From the IMG/VR virus record IMGVR_UViG_3300023176_003360: 64,000 nucleotides of DNA; one strand, given 5' to 3'. Made by a program: the position numbers and the translations under genes. The stretch's first letter is position 1; the number at the start of each line of letters is the position of its first letter. The DNA comes from an uncultured virus (IMG/VR IMGVR_UViG_3300023176_003360). Its lineage: Duplodnaviria > Heunggongvirae > Uroviricota > Caudoviricetes. Positions 19,369-31,700 of this stretch are shown here, piece by piece. The notes below the pieces were generated by a model. That model had not been told where the DNA came from, made no database searches, and saw nothing but the letters and a program-made list of their open reading frames with translations.

Positions 19369-19936
19369 AACCTAAATCTTTCCAAGTTGTTGCGCCATTC
19401 CAAATTGTGTTAGCATCAATTCTTTGATCAAATGTTGCTGTATCATTTCTATTCCACCATGGGTCAATGTTGCTGTCAACCCATTCTGTAACATTAAGAT
19501 GTTTGTTTTCAAAACTGTCATTATCTACTGTATATTTTACACGATCACCTAGTTTGCTGTCAACCGATAAATGACCAAAATGGAAGAATTCTCCAGCAAT
19601 ACTTTGTATTTTTCTGTATAAACACACACCTAACAGTTGATCATAAGGTGATCCCGGCAATAATATTTTATTAACCGGCATGGTAAACCATATCTTTTGT
19701 GTTTTATCTTTTGGATTGAAAATAACTGCGTTTTCACATAATCTGTTAAGCAGGTATTTGATTCTTTCAAAACCAATATTTTGCGTTTTAATATTATTGC
19801 TTTTTGGAATAAAACTTATGCTAACTTGATAGTTGTTTGGGTATATAACATCATCAATTAAAACAGTTGCATCAAAGTTTGTATTCCAACTAAAAAAGTT
19901 TAAAACGTCTTCGTTGTCTTTTTCTTTATTGAACAT
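19301..19936 (-). CDS. Hypothetical phage protein
   Basis: 211 aa ORF. Confidence 0.65.
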   Translation of the reverse strand: MFNKEKDNEDVLNFFSWNTNFDATVLIDDVIYPNNYQVSISFIPKSNNIKTQNIGFERIKYLLNRLCENAVIFNPKDKTQKIWFTMPVNKILLPGSPYDQLLGVCLYRKIQSIAGEFFHFGHLSVDSKLGDRVKYTVDNDSFENKHLNVTEWVDSNIDPWWNRNDTATFDQRIDANTIWNGATTWKDLGYDTDNTKAKSFKPTVIDGGREK

Positions 19937-20177
19937 TTATTAGATCACCTAAGTCCTTACCATCTTCTTTGCTTTGTTGTTGCATCTGACGTAACTTTTC
20001 TCTGCTACGCTTTTGCTGTTCGTCAACATACATAGTTATTGATTGTTGTAACTGAACTAACAGAGTCTGACTAGAAAGTCTACTTGCAGTTATATATTTT
20101 TTTTGCAAGGCAGAGATTTTCTGCTGTAGTTCATCGTCGGTAAGGCTAGACGGATCTTTTACTAACGGATTATACAT
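19926..20177 (-). CDS. Hypothetical coiled-coil protein
   Basis: 83 aa ORF. Confidence 0.65.
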   Translation of the reverse strand: MYNPLVKDPSSLTDDELQQKISALQKKYITASRLSSQTLLVQLQQSITMYVDEQQKRSREKLRQMQQQSKEDGKDLGDLINVQ

Positions 20178-20183
20178 AACCTA

Positions 20184-20768
20184 TTATGCAAATTCGCCCA
20201 CATAATATATAAAGATGTTAGCACCTTGATCAGGTGACCAAACCTCAAAGATATATTTTGCATTTGCATTTGTCATATCAAAATCTGATGATAGGTTTAA
20301 GTTATTAGCGTCAGTTAAAATGTTTCCAGAAGGTGTTGAGAAGTTTAAGAACTTCTGGTTTGTGTTATTAGATCTTACTTCAAGGACCATATGGCCTAAT
20401 CCTTCAGCAGGTGCCCAATTTGTAATAACCACTGTGTTTGTGTCTGATTTCTCTGTGGTTAGAATTAGTCTACGATAGTGTCCTGATTGATAATCAACAT
20501 TAGTTTCACCAGTTACTGTTTCAGCACTTGGTGCACTCCAAGCAGTGTCTCTAAAAATTGCTTTGGATATAACATTGTCATTAAAATCGTTTGACGCTTG
20601 TGTTGTAGGTGCTGTACTTTCAATAGTTGAAATAGCACTTTTAGCATTATCTAATGCTTGTTTAATATTAGAGAAGTTATCTCTAAAGCCTTGTGAGTCA
20701 TTATCTTGACCCGCCACAGGATATGCTGTGTCTATACTACCTGTGTTAATATCATTACTTGTTGCCAT
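20184..20768 (-). CDS. Putative baseplate/tail structural protein
   Basis: N-terminal YPVAGQDNDSQGFRDNF motif. Lies in the tail cluster. Confidence 0.6.
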   Translation of the reverse strand: MATSNDINTGSIDTAYPVAGQDNDSQGFRDNFSNIKQALDNAKSAISTIESTAPTTQASNDFNDNVISKAIFRDTAWSAPSAETVTGETNVDYQSGHYRRLILTTEKSDTNTVVITNWAPAEGLGHMVLEVRSNNTNQKFLNFSTPSGNILTDANNLNLSSDFDMTNANAKYIFEVWSPDQGANIFIYYVGEFA

Positions 20769-20769
20769 A

Positions 20770-23022
20770 TTATGTTACCTTCCTTTTTGGAAACGCAATG
20801 TATTTATCGCCAAATTGGCCTTCTACACTGTCTATTATTAACCTATCGATTTCAAACTCGATATTTTTAAAATCAAAACCACTGTCTTGAATATTTTCCA
20901 GTATTTGTGAACCAAATCCTGGTTTTACATATGCAATAGGCACTGCTTTAGTGTATCCTAACGCTGTACCAGTTGCTTCCTGTGTACTACTCATCCACAG
21001 TGGTAAAAATCTCTCATTAATATTTATGATTGTACTATCACCACGAGGAAAAATCTCTTTTAATTTCTCTTGCATATTTGTTACTGAGTTTGGATACAAG
21101 AATTTTTTGAGCAATTGATCTATGGTGATTTTATCACTACTGGCTTTGTATGTATCTTGGTCAACACTAATAGGTATATTTGCATTGGTAATATTAACCC
21201 TACTGTTTACACTTCCTTTGGCGTTTTCAAATTCATCTAATAAATCAACATAGATAATTTCGTATATTACACTATTGCTCGAGTCGCTTGCTGTTGCTAT
21301 TTTTATATCACCAAAACGGAAAGTTTTTCTGTTAAAGTTTGTAGCCAATGCAGGAACATATTCTTCAATCTTTAATGTTTCGATGCCATGCTGTAATAAC
21401 ATTCTAATGGTATTTTGTACACCAAACGACGGATCATTTGATCTGTATAAAATATCTTCAGGAAATATTTTATTATCTGTTATAAAATCATAATAATATT
21501 GACGTTTAGATTTAGGTAATAATGGTTGCAAGTATATATTACTATACTGTGTTGTTGTATCTGCTGTAACAGCAATTCTAAATTGTTTTTCTACTGCACT
21601 TTGTTGATAGTAATCTCTTGCTTGTACTGTAAAACGGAACTCTCTATCAATTGTAGTTGTACCGCCATCTAAAATAAAACTGTTTAGTCCAAAATTAGAT
21701 AGATCAATTGTTAACAATCCGTCTGCCGCACCAGCAGTAGTTTCAAACTGATTAACCTTGCCAATTAGTTCCCCACCGCCTGATAAGATCAAACCTGGAG
21801 GCAACACTCCGTCTACAAAACTATATCTTATGTCCGCATTTGTTAGAATTGTGGTTGCATAAACTTGTAGAGTGGATGTTTGGTTAGGTGATAATATGCC
21901 AAGCAGTTCTGGACTTGTAAATGTAATTGTACTATCGACTTCGCCTTGTATTTTTAAAATAAATTGTCTATCATTAACAACCGTTTCTGCAGAATTAGGA
22001 TCATCTCTTTCGACCCTAACTGTAAAAGTATAAGTTTGTGTAACTGCTGGTTGATAAGGTACCTTACCAAACAATACACCGTTGGTAGAATCAATAGACA
22101 TGCCTTCTGGCAATACACTTACCGTTGAGTCAGCATTATTAATCAAACTGTAGGTTACAGCACCACTAAATTTATTAGGATCATAAACCTCTAATGGTAT
22201 TGTAACATAATTGTTTGCTCTTTTTATTCCTAGGTTACCTGTTGTTAACCAAATTGGTGCACGTAGATATGTAGCACTTGAAATAAAGGTTTCTGTATCA
22301 GCACTAATACTTAACGTATCTGATCTAAAGTTTTGTTCATTAACAACAAAAATTCTAAAACGTCTTCTTGCACGAGTAACACCATCTGAAACAGTTACAA
22401 AGAATTCATAGTATCTATTTAAATATTTTGGAGCACCGCTTCCGTCATCGCCTCCGCCATAATCATACGGGAATAAATCAAATTGCTGTCTATCATAATT
22501 GGTACTTGATGCTTTATAATCTACAGTTAGTTCAGCATCAATAATACCTGTGATTCTACCGTTAATGTCTATTGTTAGACCTGGTGGCAATTCACCAAAT
22601 AAATCATCTAAATAAAATTCTAACTTATCACCCGCTACTAAATCTGAGTCGTCGGCACTTAATTGATAATCAACAACGCTTCTATTTAAAATAAAATATT
22701 CACCTTGTGGTCCAACAGGTAGTGTTCCTGCAGGAGTCAACCAAAATGGAGCATCTTCGCCTTCAATTGTAATAGTAAATGTTCTATCTATAGAACCTTC
22801 GCTGTTAGATGCACGGATAACAAATTCTGATGTTGTTGTGTCTGCAACTTCAAAAGGAGTACCAACAATATTATTGCTTGACAGACGCAAACCTCCCGGA
22901 AGAGATCCGCTTATTATTGAAAATGATGTAGCATTGGTAGCGGAAAGAGTTAATGATTGTGTTGTTCTTTCCTGGATAGTTCCTAAACTACCTGCTGTTG
23001 TGTTCCATACTGGTTTAGCCAT
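20770..23022 (-). CDS. Putative baseplate wedge protein with Ig-like repeats
   Basis: Repeated G.LP.GL.I...G.I.G Ig/cadherin-like units. Confidence 0.7.
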   Translation of the reverse strand: MAKPVWNTTAGSLGTIQERTTQSLTLSATNATSFSIISGSLPGGLRLSSNNIVGTPFEVADTTTSEFVIRASNSEGSIDRTFTITIEGEDAPFWLTPAGTLPVGPQGEYFILNRSVVDYQLSADDSDLVAGDKLEFYLDDLFGELPPGLTIDINGRITGIIDAELTVDYKASSTNYDRQQFDLFPYDYGGGDDGSGAPKYLNRYYEFFVTVSDGVTRARRRFRIFVVNEQNFRSDTLSISADTETFISSATYLRAPIWLTTGNLGIKRANNYVTIPLEVYDPNKFSGAVTYSLINNADSTVSVLPEGMSIDSTNGVLFGKVPYQPAVTQTYTFTVRVERDDPNSAETVVNDRQFILKIQGEVDSTITFTSPELLGILSPNQTSTLQVYATTILTNADIRYSFVDGVLPPGLILSGGGELIGKVNQFETTAGAADGLLTIDLSNFGLNSFILDGGTTTIDREFRFTVQARDYYQQSAVEKQFRIAVTADTTTQYSNIYLQPLLPKSKRQYYYDFITDNKIFPEDILYRSNDPSFGVQNTIRMLLQHGIETLKIEEYVPALATNFNRKTFRFGDIKIATASDSSNSVIYEIIYVDLLDEFENAKGSVNSRVNITNANIPISVDQDTYKASSDKITIDQLLKKFLYPNSVTNMQEKLKEIFPRGDSTIININERFLPLWMSSTQEATGTALGYTKAVPIAYVKPGFGSQILENIQDSGFDFKNIEFEIDRLIIDSVEGQFGDKYIAFPKRKVT

Positions 23023-23048
23023 TTGTAATCCTCTTACCAGTATTTACC

Positions 23049-25760
23049 TTAACTATCAAACTGACTTAGTATCCACCAACTGCTGTTATGCCATACCAGT
23101 GTCACAGCACCGTATTCCGAATTTTGTGAAACATTCAACGTACTAACAGCACCGTTGATTGTTAAGTTAACTACCAAATATCTATCTGTAAATGTAGCAC
23201 CGCCGTTTGTACTAAACTGGCCTCTGTTTACTACTTTAATAATTTTAACTTGCCCGTCATATGTACCATCACCTAAATTTGCATACGCAAAATCAGCACC
23301 AACTGCGGTCCAGTTTCCTGTGGTAATAAAACTAATATTATTAGATGTACTTAAAACTGAAGGAGTTGCTGTTCCACCAATGGTAATATCTTCGTTTGCC
23401 GCATAACTTATTGTTCCTGCAACATTAACATTTCCGTCTAATTCAATAACACCAGTACCTAAAGATGCAATTCTTATGTTTTCGTTTGAGTTTGCTGTTT
23501 CGATGCTGTTACCTTCAATTCGAATGTTACCAACGTCAGCATAATCAACATCGATGTTTGATCCTGATAGGTTACCAGTTACATTACCTGTAAGTGGACC
23601 TGCAAAATTTGTGTTAGCAGTAATTACAGTACCAGTAACAGCCGCAGGAGTACTACCTCCAACGATACCATCAACATTACCTGTTACATTGCCTGAAACA
23701 TTTCCAGTTACATTACCTGTAAGATCGCCGGTAAACTCATCTGAATAAACATTTTGCCATTTAAAACTTGCACTTCCTAGGTTAATAGTTCCGTCTCCAG
23801 TTGGAACCAATGGAGCATTTGTGCTTAATTGTCCTACAGCACTAAAATTAATATCACTACCAGAAGTAAATGAAGGAGCACCACTTCCACTAAGTTGGAA
23901 ATTATCTGCTGTTAGTGTTCCGTTTACATTTGCGTTACCTGTAATTGTAGCATCGTTTGTTACTGTTAAGTTTTTAGTAGTTGTTGTATCTAGTACATTT
24001 AAACTACTTTCGACTGTTAGATAACTTTCTAATTTCAATCCAGGAGTTACTGTAATTTCACTTGAGTCTGCGGTATCTATGTTGCTTACATTTATGTTAG
24101 TTGTTGTAACTGTTGTTGCACCTGTTACATCACCGTTATGTGTACCGTTAAATGTTGTTGCACTAATAGCATTACCGTTTGTGATATTATTTGTTCCTAG
24201 GTTAATATCACCTGCCATTGTACCGCCTGCTTTTAACAAGCCACCATTGGTATCAATGTATGTGCTATCAACAACACTTGTTAGTGTTACAAATTCTAAT
24301 GCTGTACCACTTGCCGCGACACGTACTATTTTAAGAGCATCACCTGCACCTCCTGCGTATGATCCTGGAGTATCTGAAAGTCCTACGAAAGTTGAACTTC
24401 CACCACCACCACCACCGCCGGCACCCCATTCTAATACAGTACCTGAAAGTGGAACAGTTAATACTTCACCTGCGTTACCAATTGTTCTTGGAAACTGATA
24501 TGCTCCGTAGAAATCAACGTATCCTGTTCCTGAAGCATCTAACTTTAAATTTTTATTTGAAACTAATGTACTGATTGTTGCGTTACCGCCGTCAAACCCA
24601 ATATCATCAATTTGAGCAAATCCATCACTTTGAAAAATAAATTTTGCCGGTGTAGCAACACCTTGTGCTGGATCATAAGGTGTAATGATTACAGCATTTA
24701 AAGGATCACTAACTTTAATAGCACTAATACTACCTAGTAATCTTCTATCCTGTGAAACACTTGTTGAATCAACGGCAAACTGTATAGCACTACCTGCTCC
24801 ATTGTTATATTGTGTTGCTGGAAAATTAACAGTATCAACAACGTGTTCGATAATCAACGGAACCTGAGGAATGCTGTCTACTTGTCCTCTAGAAATAAAC
24901 TCAACTGGTCTGTTTTCGTTTGTTTGTATTGTTAGTGGAGGAATTCCTAAACTATAATCTCTATATGTTAATCCTGCAGGTGTACCAACAACAGTTGGTT
25001 GTGATTGGTTTGTAAGTGATGCGTCGATTTCTATTCTTGCACCACCGCTTAGTGTTTGTTGGTTAAAGTCTATAGCACCACTAAATGATCCTTGAAAATT
25101 TCCATCTACAGTTCCTTGTAGTGTTTGTCCGCCTGCAACAACTATTCCATTAGCGGCTGTAAGAACTCCGTTAAACTGTGCATTGCCTGTAAATGTTGAA
25201 GTTGTATTAACTAATAAAGTATCTGTGTCTAATGCTGTTGTGTCAATACTGCTAATAGCAACTAAGTTACCTGGACCTGTGATGTTATGATTTAATAATT
25301 CTAAGTTGCCAGCAAGTTGTGGTGATGTATCGTTAACGACATCAAACACACCTGTAATTACTACATCATTCCCGCTTTTGGTTACGTCAATATTTGTGTT
25401 TCCACTTTTAATTCCAAAAGTAGCACTAGAACTTGTTGCTGTAATTAAGTCTCCGTTATCAACTTGAATGCTACCAAAGTCGTTATCTGCTAGGTTGTTT
25501 GTGTTTAGGTAGATGCTGTTAGAGTCGGAAGTTATGACAATTTTTCCATCGTTATTTCTAAGTGTTTTAAACTCTAAATCTTGATCTGCTTTTTGTTTAA
25601 AGACCCCCTCACCTATACCTAAGTTGGAAGCAGTATTGGTTTCACCACCAACAGCAAGCAATTCAGCAAAGTTATCATTAACTTTATCAAACGCCGTTCT
25701 TAGATCGTCACCTGTACCATCATTTGGATTAGTACCTATGTTAATTGTTTGTATTGCCAT
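23049..25760 (-). CDS. Baseplate-attached tail fibre (gp9/gp10-like N-terminus)
   Basis: INIGTNPNDGTGDDLRTAFDKVNDNF N-terminus, poly-Gly hinge, GNVT repeats. Confidence 0.75.
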   Translation of the reverse strand: MAIQTINIGTNPNDGTGDDLRTAFDKVNDNFAELLAVGGETNTASNLGIGEGVFKQKADQDLEFKTLRNNDGKIVITSDSNSIYLNTNNLADNDFGSIQVDNGDLITATSSSATFGIKSGNTNIDVTKSGNDVVITGVFDVVNDTSPQLAGNLELLNHNITGPGNLVAISSIDTTALDTDTLLVNTTSTFTGNAQFNGVLTAANGIVVAGGQTLQGTVDGNFQGSFSGAIDFNQQTLSGGARIEIDASLTNQSQPTVVGTPAGLTYRDYSLGIPPLTIQTNENRPVEFISRGQVDSIPQVPLIIEHVVDTVNFPATQYNNGAGSAIQFAVDSTSVSQDRRLLGSISAIKVSDPLNAVIITPYDPAQGVATPAKFIFQSDGFAQIDDIGFDGGNATISTLVSNKNLKLDASGTGYVDFYGAYQFPRTIGNAGEVLTVPLSGTVLEWGAGGGGGGGSSTFVGLSDTPGSYAGGAGDALKIVRVAASGTALEFVTLTSVVDSTYIDTNGGLLKAGGTMAGDINLGTNNITNGNAISATTFNGTHNGDVTGATTVTTTNINVSNIDTADSSEITVTPGLKLESYLTVESSLNVLDTTTTKNLTVTNDATITGNANVNGTLTADNFQLSGSGAPSFTSGSDINFSAVGQLSTNAPLVPTGDGTINLGSASFKWQNVYSDEFTGDLTGNVTGNVSGNVTGNVDGIVGGSTPAAVTGTVITANTNFAGPLTGNVTGNLSGSNIDVDYADVGNIRIEGNSIETANSNENIRIASLGTGVIELDGNVNVAGTISYAANEDITIGGTATPSVLSTSNNISFITTGNWTAVGADFAYANLGDGTYDGQVKIIKVVNRGQFSTNGGATFTDRYLVVNLTINGAVSTLNVSQNSEYGAVTLVWHNSSWWILSQFDS

Positions 25761-25781
25761 AATAGTTTCCTACACCCTTAT

Positions 25782-28700
25782 TTACAGTCTACCCACCACA
25801 ACTTCGATGGTTCCCACTTCTGTTGAATTATCATAATTTTCCAACGCTTTACCAATTACTGAACCTAGTTTTGGATTGTCGCTTGCAACACCAACACCTG
25901 GTACGTCACTTGCTACAATCATATCACCTTTGTTAACTTTACCTAAAACCTTACATGGTACACGACCTTGCAATGCTACAGTAACAACAAAGTCTCCTGC
26001 TAAATCTGAATTCATCAAGTGTGCAGGATTGGTTGATACAACACCAGCAATCTTGGTTGTCATATAATCTTGTGAAACGGTAACTTCGTTTTGTCCACCA
26101 AACACAATAACTGTACCTGGCTCATAGGTATTATCACCTAAATAATTCTCAGCCAAGTCAGCAAATCTTGCACTTGTAGCAGTACCTTGGAATGTTGTTG
26201 CCCAAACATTGGCATATTTGTTTCCGCTTGTACCTAAATCGTATGTGTTATTACCGTCCGGTCTAATAGCACGACTGATCAAAGTACCAGTCATTGTGTC
26301 ACCACCGACATTTACATAATCAGCATCGTGATTGTGATTAACACTTGTTGAAATTGTTATGTTAGCACTACCGTCGAAGTTAATAGCACTTGATGTTACA
26401 GCACCACTTAGTGTGATCGATCTTGCTGTTGTTAATTTTGCAGAACTACCTGCAAAGGTAGAGTTTGCTACTGTTTCAGCGATTGTTAAAGCAGTAGTAC
26501 CTGCATTATTTTGAATTGTTAAATTAGTACCGCTTGCTTTCTTTTTAATAATTTCTGCATTTAAAGTTGTACCGTAAATGTCATTCCAATATTTTGTACT
26601 GCTACCTAAATCTCTTTGATTGTCTGTTTTTGGTTCTAGGTCATAAACTTTAAGAACTGTGCTGTCATTCATTGACACAGTACCATCTTTCATGATAGCA
26701 CCAGCAGTTTTAACGTTGGTATAATCTGTTACATCGGCACCATCTTCAACATTAAGAATTGTTCTAACAGCAGATGGAATCAATGGCTGTACAACTGCCG
26801 CCGAGCCAGCACCTGCAGGTACACCTAATATACTAGATGCCGCCTGTTGCTGTAGTTTTGTTAGCGGTAAGCCTGTTGTTATGCTTGTTGATGTTCTGTG
26901 AGTAACCCAACCATTATCTAGTGTAAACTCGTCATCGTCAAAACTTGCTAAACCACTTGCTTCCTGTAACAATCTAGAGTTGGTTACCGTACCGCCTGAA
27001 ACATAAGCACTGAATCCACTACCACCATTTACTGTTGCGGTTAGTGCTGAATCGGTGTATAAATCAACGTTGGTTGCATTAATAACCTGTACGTAATATT
27101 GATTTCCATTTAATTCTACTGTTCCAAGAACATCTTTAATTGTAATCCGATCACCCGGAACCAAATCGTGATTTGTGGAAGTTTGTACCCTAATAGGATT
27201 GTTTAATAAGATTGTGCTTATTATTCTACCGCCGCCATTTGCTGTTGTTCTTGTTGTTGCTAGATTTAAAGAAAGTTTACTTTGTGCTATTGCGGCTTCG
27301 TTGCTTACATCGGCATTTTTAACAGCACCTGTTGCTAATCCAATTTGAATTGAATTACCTGCTCTAATAAGCCTTACATCCGAACCTGTTCCTGATGGTT
27401 CACCAAACAATCTTGAATTAGCATCTGAATTTGTTGTAGTATCTAGTCCAACGTTGACCATTCCGACGATAGGATTACCTAAGCCATCAACGGTATTTGT
27501 TCCTGTGAACATCAACAAGTCCGTGTTACTAGGATTACCAGTAATTGTTGTGCCTTCTAATCCACCAATACTGTTTTGTGAATCAACATATTGTTTTGTA
27601 ACTGCATCACTTCCATCTACAGGATCACGTAGTGATTTAATTCTGTTACCATTCATATCGATAGTGCCGCTATCGAGTGTACTATCGTTTAACATTGTAA
27701 ATGCTTTTACATCTGTTCTTAAACTATCAGTAAAATCACCTTTGAACACATTGTCTGCATAAAGTTTATTGATTGCATCTGTATTGTTTGTTCCTTGGAA
27801 TATGTTAGTAATTTTATTACTATTCATATTCAATTCACCATTCATTCTATTCCAAGCAAGATTAGTTCCATTGTAACCTGCTCTGTTTAACAAGCCATAA
27901 GTGCCGCCTGTTTGTGAACCTGTTGTTGTTGGTTCAGGAAAATCACTGCCATCTTCGTGTTGGCCAATTATTGAACTGTTAATGTATTCAGCAATAGTTC
28001 CTTCTGTAGGCACAGCATCATCTGATAGTCCTTGCATCTTTCTATCAGTTGAAAATTCGTCAATTGAAGTACCTTTTGTAAATTTTAAACTGTCAACGTT
28101 TGTTAGACCAATGTTAGCATTAAGTTCAACAGAACCATCACCTTGGTTAACACGGAAGAATGATCCAACGCGGAAGTTACCATCTTGGTCAGTACTTGCG
28201 TAGAACACTCTACCTGATCCAACTTCAACCGCTTCGTTTGATTGTACTGAACTGTAATCTGGTTTGCCGGCAGGAGCACCAAAAACGTTATTTGGATAAT
28301 TTGAATCAGCATAGTTACCCCAACCAATGTTTAGGAAGTCATGTCCTGTTGCTCTCATGGTTGAGATTCTAGTTGTAACAATACTTGTTACATCTGCTGT
28401 TAAATTAGGTGGAACACGTAAATCTAATAGATGTTCTTGAATATTGGAAACTGTTCCGCTTGGTTCTAGTACATCAAAACGTTCAACGTTTAGAATTCTA
28501 AATACTTGTCCATCAATACCAACTCCGGCAAATTGTAATGCACTACTTGGAAGAACTCTAGGAGCATCTATAATATTTTTAAGTAGGACTTTTTTACCTA
28601 CAGTAAGGGTCATAACTCCGTCGTTTGGAATTTGTGTTGCAACACCTAGGTTTAGCGAACTTCCTAAACTTAATGTTGCTCGACCACCGTATAATGCCGA

Positions 28701-31700
28701 ACCGCCTGATCCACTATATGCTCCATCTTGAACAGCACTACTATCAAATCCTGTTGTTAAACCTGAATCAGTATATAAGAAAAATTCCGTAGTACCATTA
28801 CCACTGTTAACATCTATGTAGTAAGCACCGTCAATTGTTGTAAATCCATTACCATTTAGTCCTGTAAGTTCAACAACAGATCCGTGTCTAAAATAGTGTT
28901 GTGAACTTGTTGTAACTTTACAAGGATTACCAATTGTTATTGATGCAATGTCTAAATTAGCAGGAATGATTTCGTTAACAACATATTCTGTTGTGTCATT
29001 ATTAGATGAAAATTGTGTTAAAACAACTCTTGAATCTTCAAAAGGTAGATAATCAAAATCTTTAATTATTAATGCAGTGTTTCCAGTAATGTTATCACCA
29101 CTATCGATAGTGTGTGCTTTTACTGTTTGTGTATAGTCCACATCTGGAGATCCAGTTGCTGTTGCATTAACTTGTCTAAAGAATGTTTGACCACTTTGTA
29201 GGTTTTCGTTTGGATCTGAACCTTCTGCCTGAATACCAATACGTCCATAACCGTTAGAACCGTTTAGTGATCTAATCTGTCCACCGTTACGTGCCCAATA
29301 AGCAACATCACAGTAATATGTAAACACTGATACCGCTTCAATTAAACCTGCGTTTGTTGCAACCAATCCATAACCATCACTGTTAATTTGTGTGTAGTCG
29401 TTTGCAGTCATAGACTTGTTACCAGCAGTTTCAACTCTAATTTCTGTGCCTTGTGGAATATCACCTGCTAAGTTTGATCTTGTTCTTGATTGTATTAGTG
29501 TATCTGAAGCAAGAGTAAGTGTTTGTTTGTAAGTACCAGCACCTAACCCATCATCAACAGGTGCAGTTGCACCGATAACTCTATATGTGAACTTTTCAAA
29601 GTCGCTTACACCTGAAACAAAGTTTCTTGAATCTTGATAAAGGAATGTGGTTGGTAATTGAATACGTCTTGTTAATCCTTGTAGTGTAATTGTGCTACCT
29701 GAAGCAGGATTGTCAACCACAGTACCATACTGAACACCAGCATTACCGTCAACATATTGACCACCACCGCCTTGTGCAGAGAATGATGAACAAGTTTGAA
29801 CATAAGGTGATTTGGTTAAAATTTGTCCTTCAGGATCTAATACGTTTACATACCCTTGATGTCTACGAACTGATAGATTACGCAAAATAGTTGCATTGTT
29901 CATTAAGAAACAGTCCATGTGTTGGTTTAGTTTCTTAAGTTCGATAACAGTATTATTGTTAATTGTGTTTGCTAGTGTTGTGCCTGTTGTTGTGTTAATA
30001 TCACTGTAAAGATTACCTCTCCATCTTGTGCTATCTCCAACACTGTCTGGATCGCTCGCCCAATCTTTAACGTAATATGTTACACCGTTGTTTACAAAGT
30101 ATACGCCGTTGACTGGAGGGTACGCACAATCTTTTAATGTAATCTGTGTATTACCTGCTTGGTTTACTGACCCGCTAAAAGTATCCGCTCTTGAATATTG
30201 GCTATCATAGTGATTTCTATATCTTGATTCTTTTGGTAGCGATGTTCCATTATATCGTAATAAGTCGCCTCTTTCAAAAATCATATCCAAAGATCTTTGT
30301 GGAGGTCTAACACCAATTAATGGTTGAATTGTTGTACGTCTAAATTCGTCACCTTTTAATGAAACGTTTTCAGGAATAACAATAGGGAAGTATTCTTCAT
30401 ATACTCCCGATTCAACAAAAATTGTTACTTCAGGTAATGGAATATTTGTTTCTCTTCCATTGCCACCTGTTTTAGCCGGAGCCGATCCTGTTCCATTTGT
30501 TATTACATCTGTAATAATTCCCATTAACGATGATATTGTTGCAGATGCTCCGCTTTCAGCAATAACACTACTATCAATAAATTGTTCATAACCGCTTTGA
30601 TTGCTAAATGTTCCTTGGTATGCTGGAACGGCACTTAATCCTGTGTTAATAACAGAAGTAATGCTGTTCATTAATGTTGTTACTTTTGTAATTGCCGCCG
30701 CTTCACCATTTAATGAATTTGTAAACTGTGTTGATGATATTTGTTTTGCAGTAAATGGTGTATTGGTTAAAATATAATTGTTAACAAGATCTCTAGCATA
30801 ATCTAAAGAATCAATTGTTTGTGGTTGTTGTCCAGCAACCTGACTAGTTGCACCATCCCAATAACTTTGTGCATTTGTTCTTGACTTAGTATTACCGCCG
30901 TATCTTAAATCAAAAGCAACACCTTCTAGGATAAGTTTTGTATCTCTTCGACATTTTACAGAGTCATAAACAAACCCTGAGTAAATTCCAGTGCCTGTGC
31001 TTATTGCATCATCAATATAAGCAATAACTTCATCAGCAATAAAGTCTAAGTTATTTGTAAGCAATGTGTAAGCATTTGGATTTTGCAAATTGCTTGGAGC
31101 CACGTAAGGTGTGTTTGTTAAAACATTGTTTAAAATAAGATCTTTTGCAAAATTAATTGCCGCAACTGTTTCTGCTTGTTGTCCAGCAACTTTTGATGTA
31201 GCACCGTTCCAATAACTTAATGCGGCATCTACAGTTTTTGAATTTCCTACGTAGGTTAAGTCAAAACTTATAGCATCAATAATTAATCCAATGTCTCTAT
31301 AACAGTAATCTCTATCAAATGTAAATGTGCTTGCAAAATCATCAGTGTTATCGCCGTCGTTAATCTCTGCTTCAATGTATGCAAGTGTTTCCTCTTGAAC
31401 AAATCTTCTGTTATCAACAAGTAATTTGTTTGCAAGAACATTTGTTAAATCTTCTGTACCATCTGCCGCAAGGTTGATTGTATATTCACCCGGCTTTTTA
31501 CCTGGAACTTTCCAAAAAACATCTCCTGTGTAAAGTCCTTGTTTCTTAAGTTCGATATCACCTTTCATGATACGTTCTGCATAGAAACATGCTTCTCTAA
31601 CAGTATCAAATGCGTATGCTTGTGAACGTCCTATTTGTGATTGGTCAACACCTCTTGCTTTCATCTGTGCTTCTGTTCTACCAGATTTACTTACAAAGAT

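Noticed and set aside
23570..24425. GNVT and poly-Gly nucleotide repeats
   Set aside because: These are ordinary coding repeats of tail-fibre proteins.
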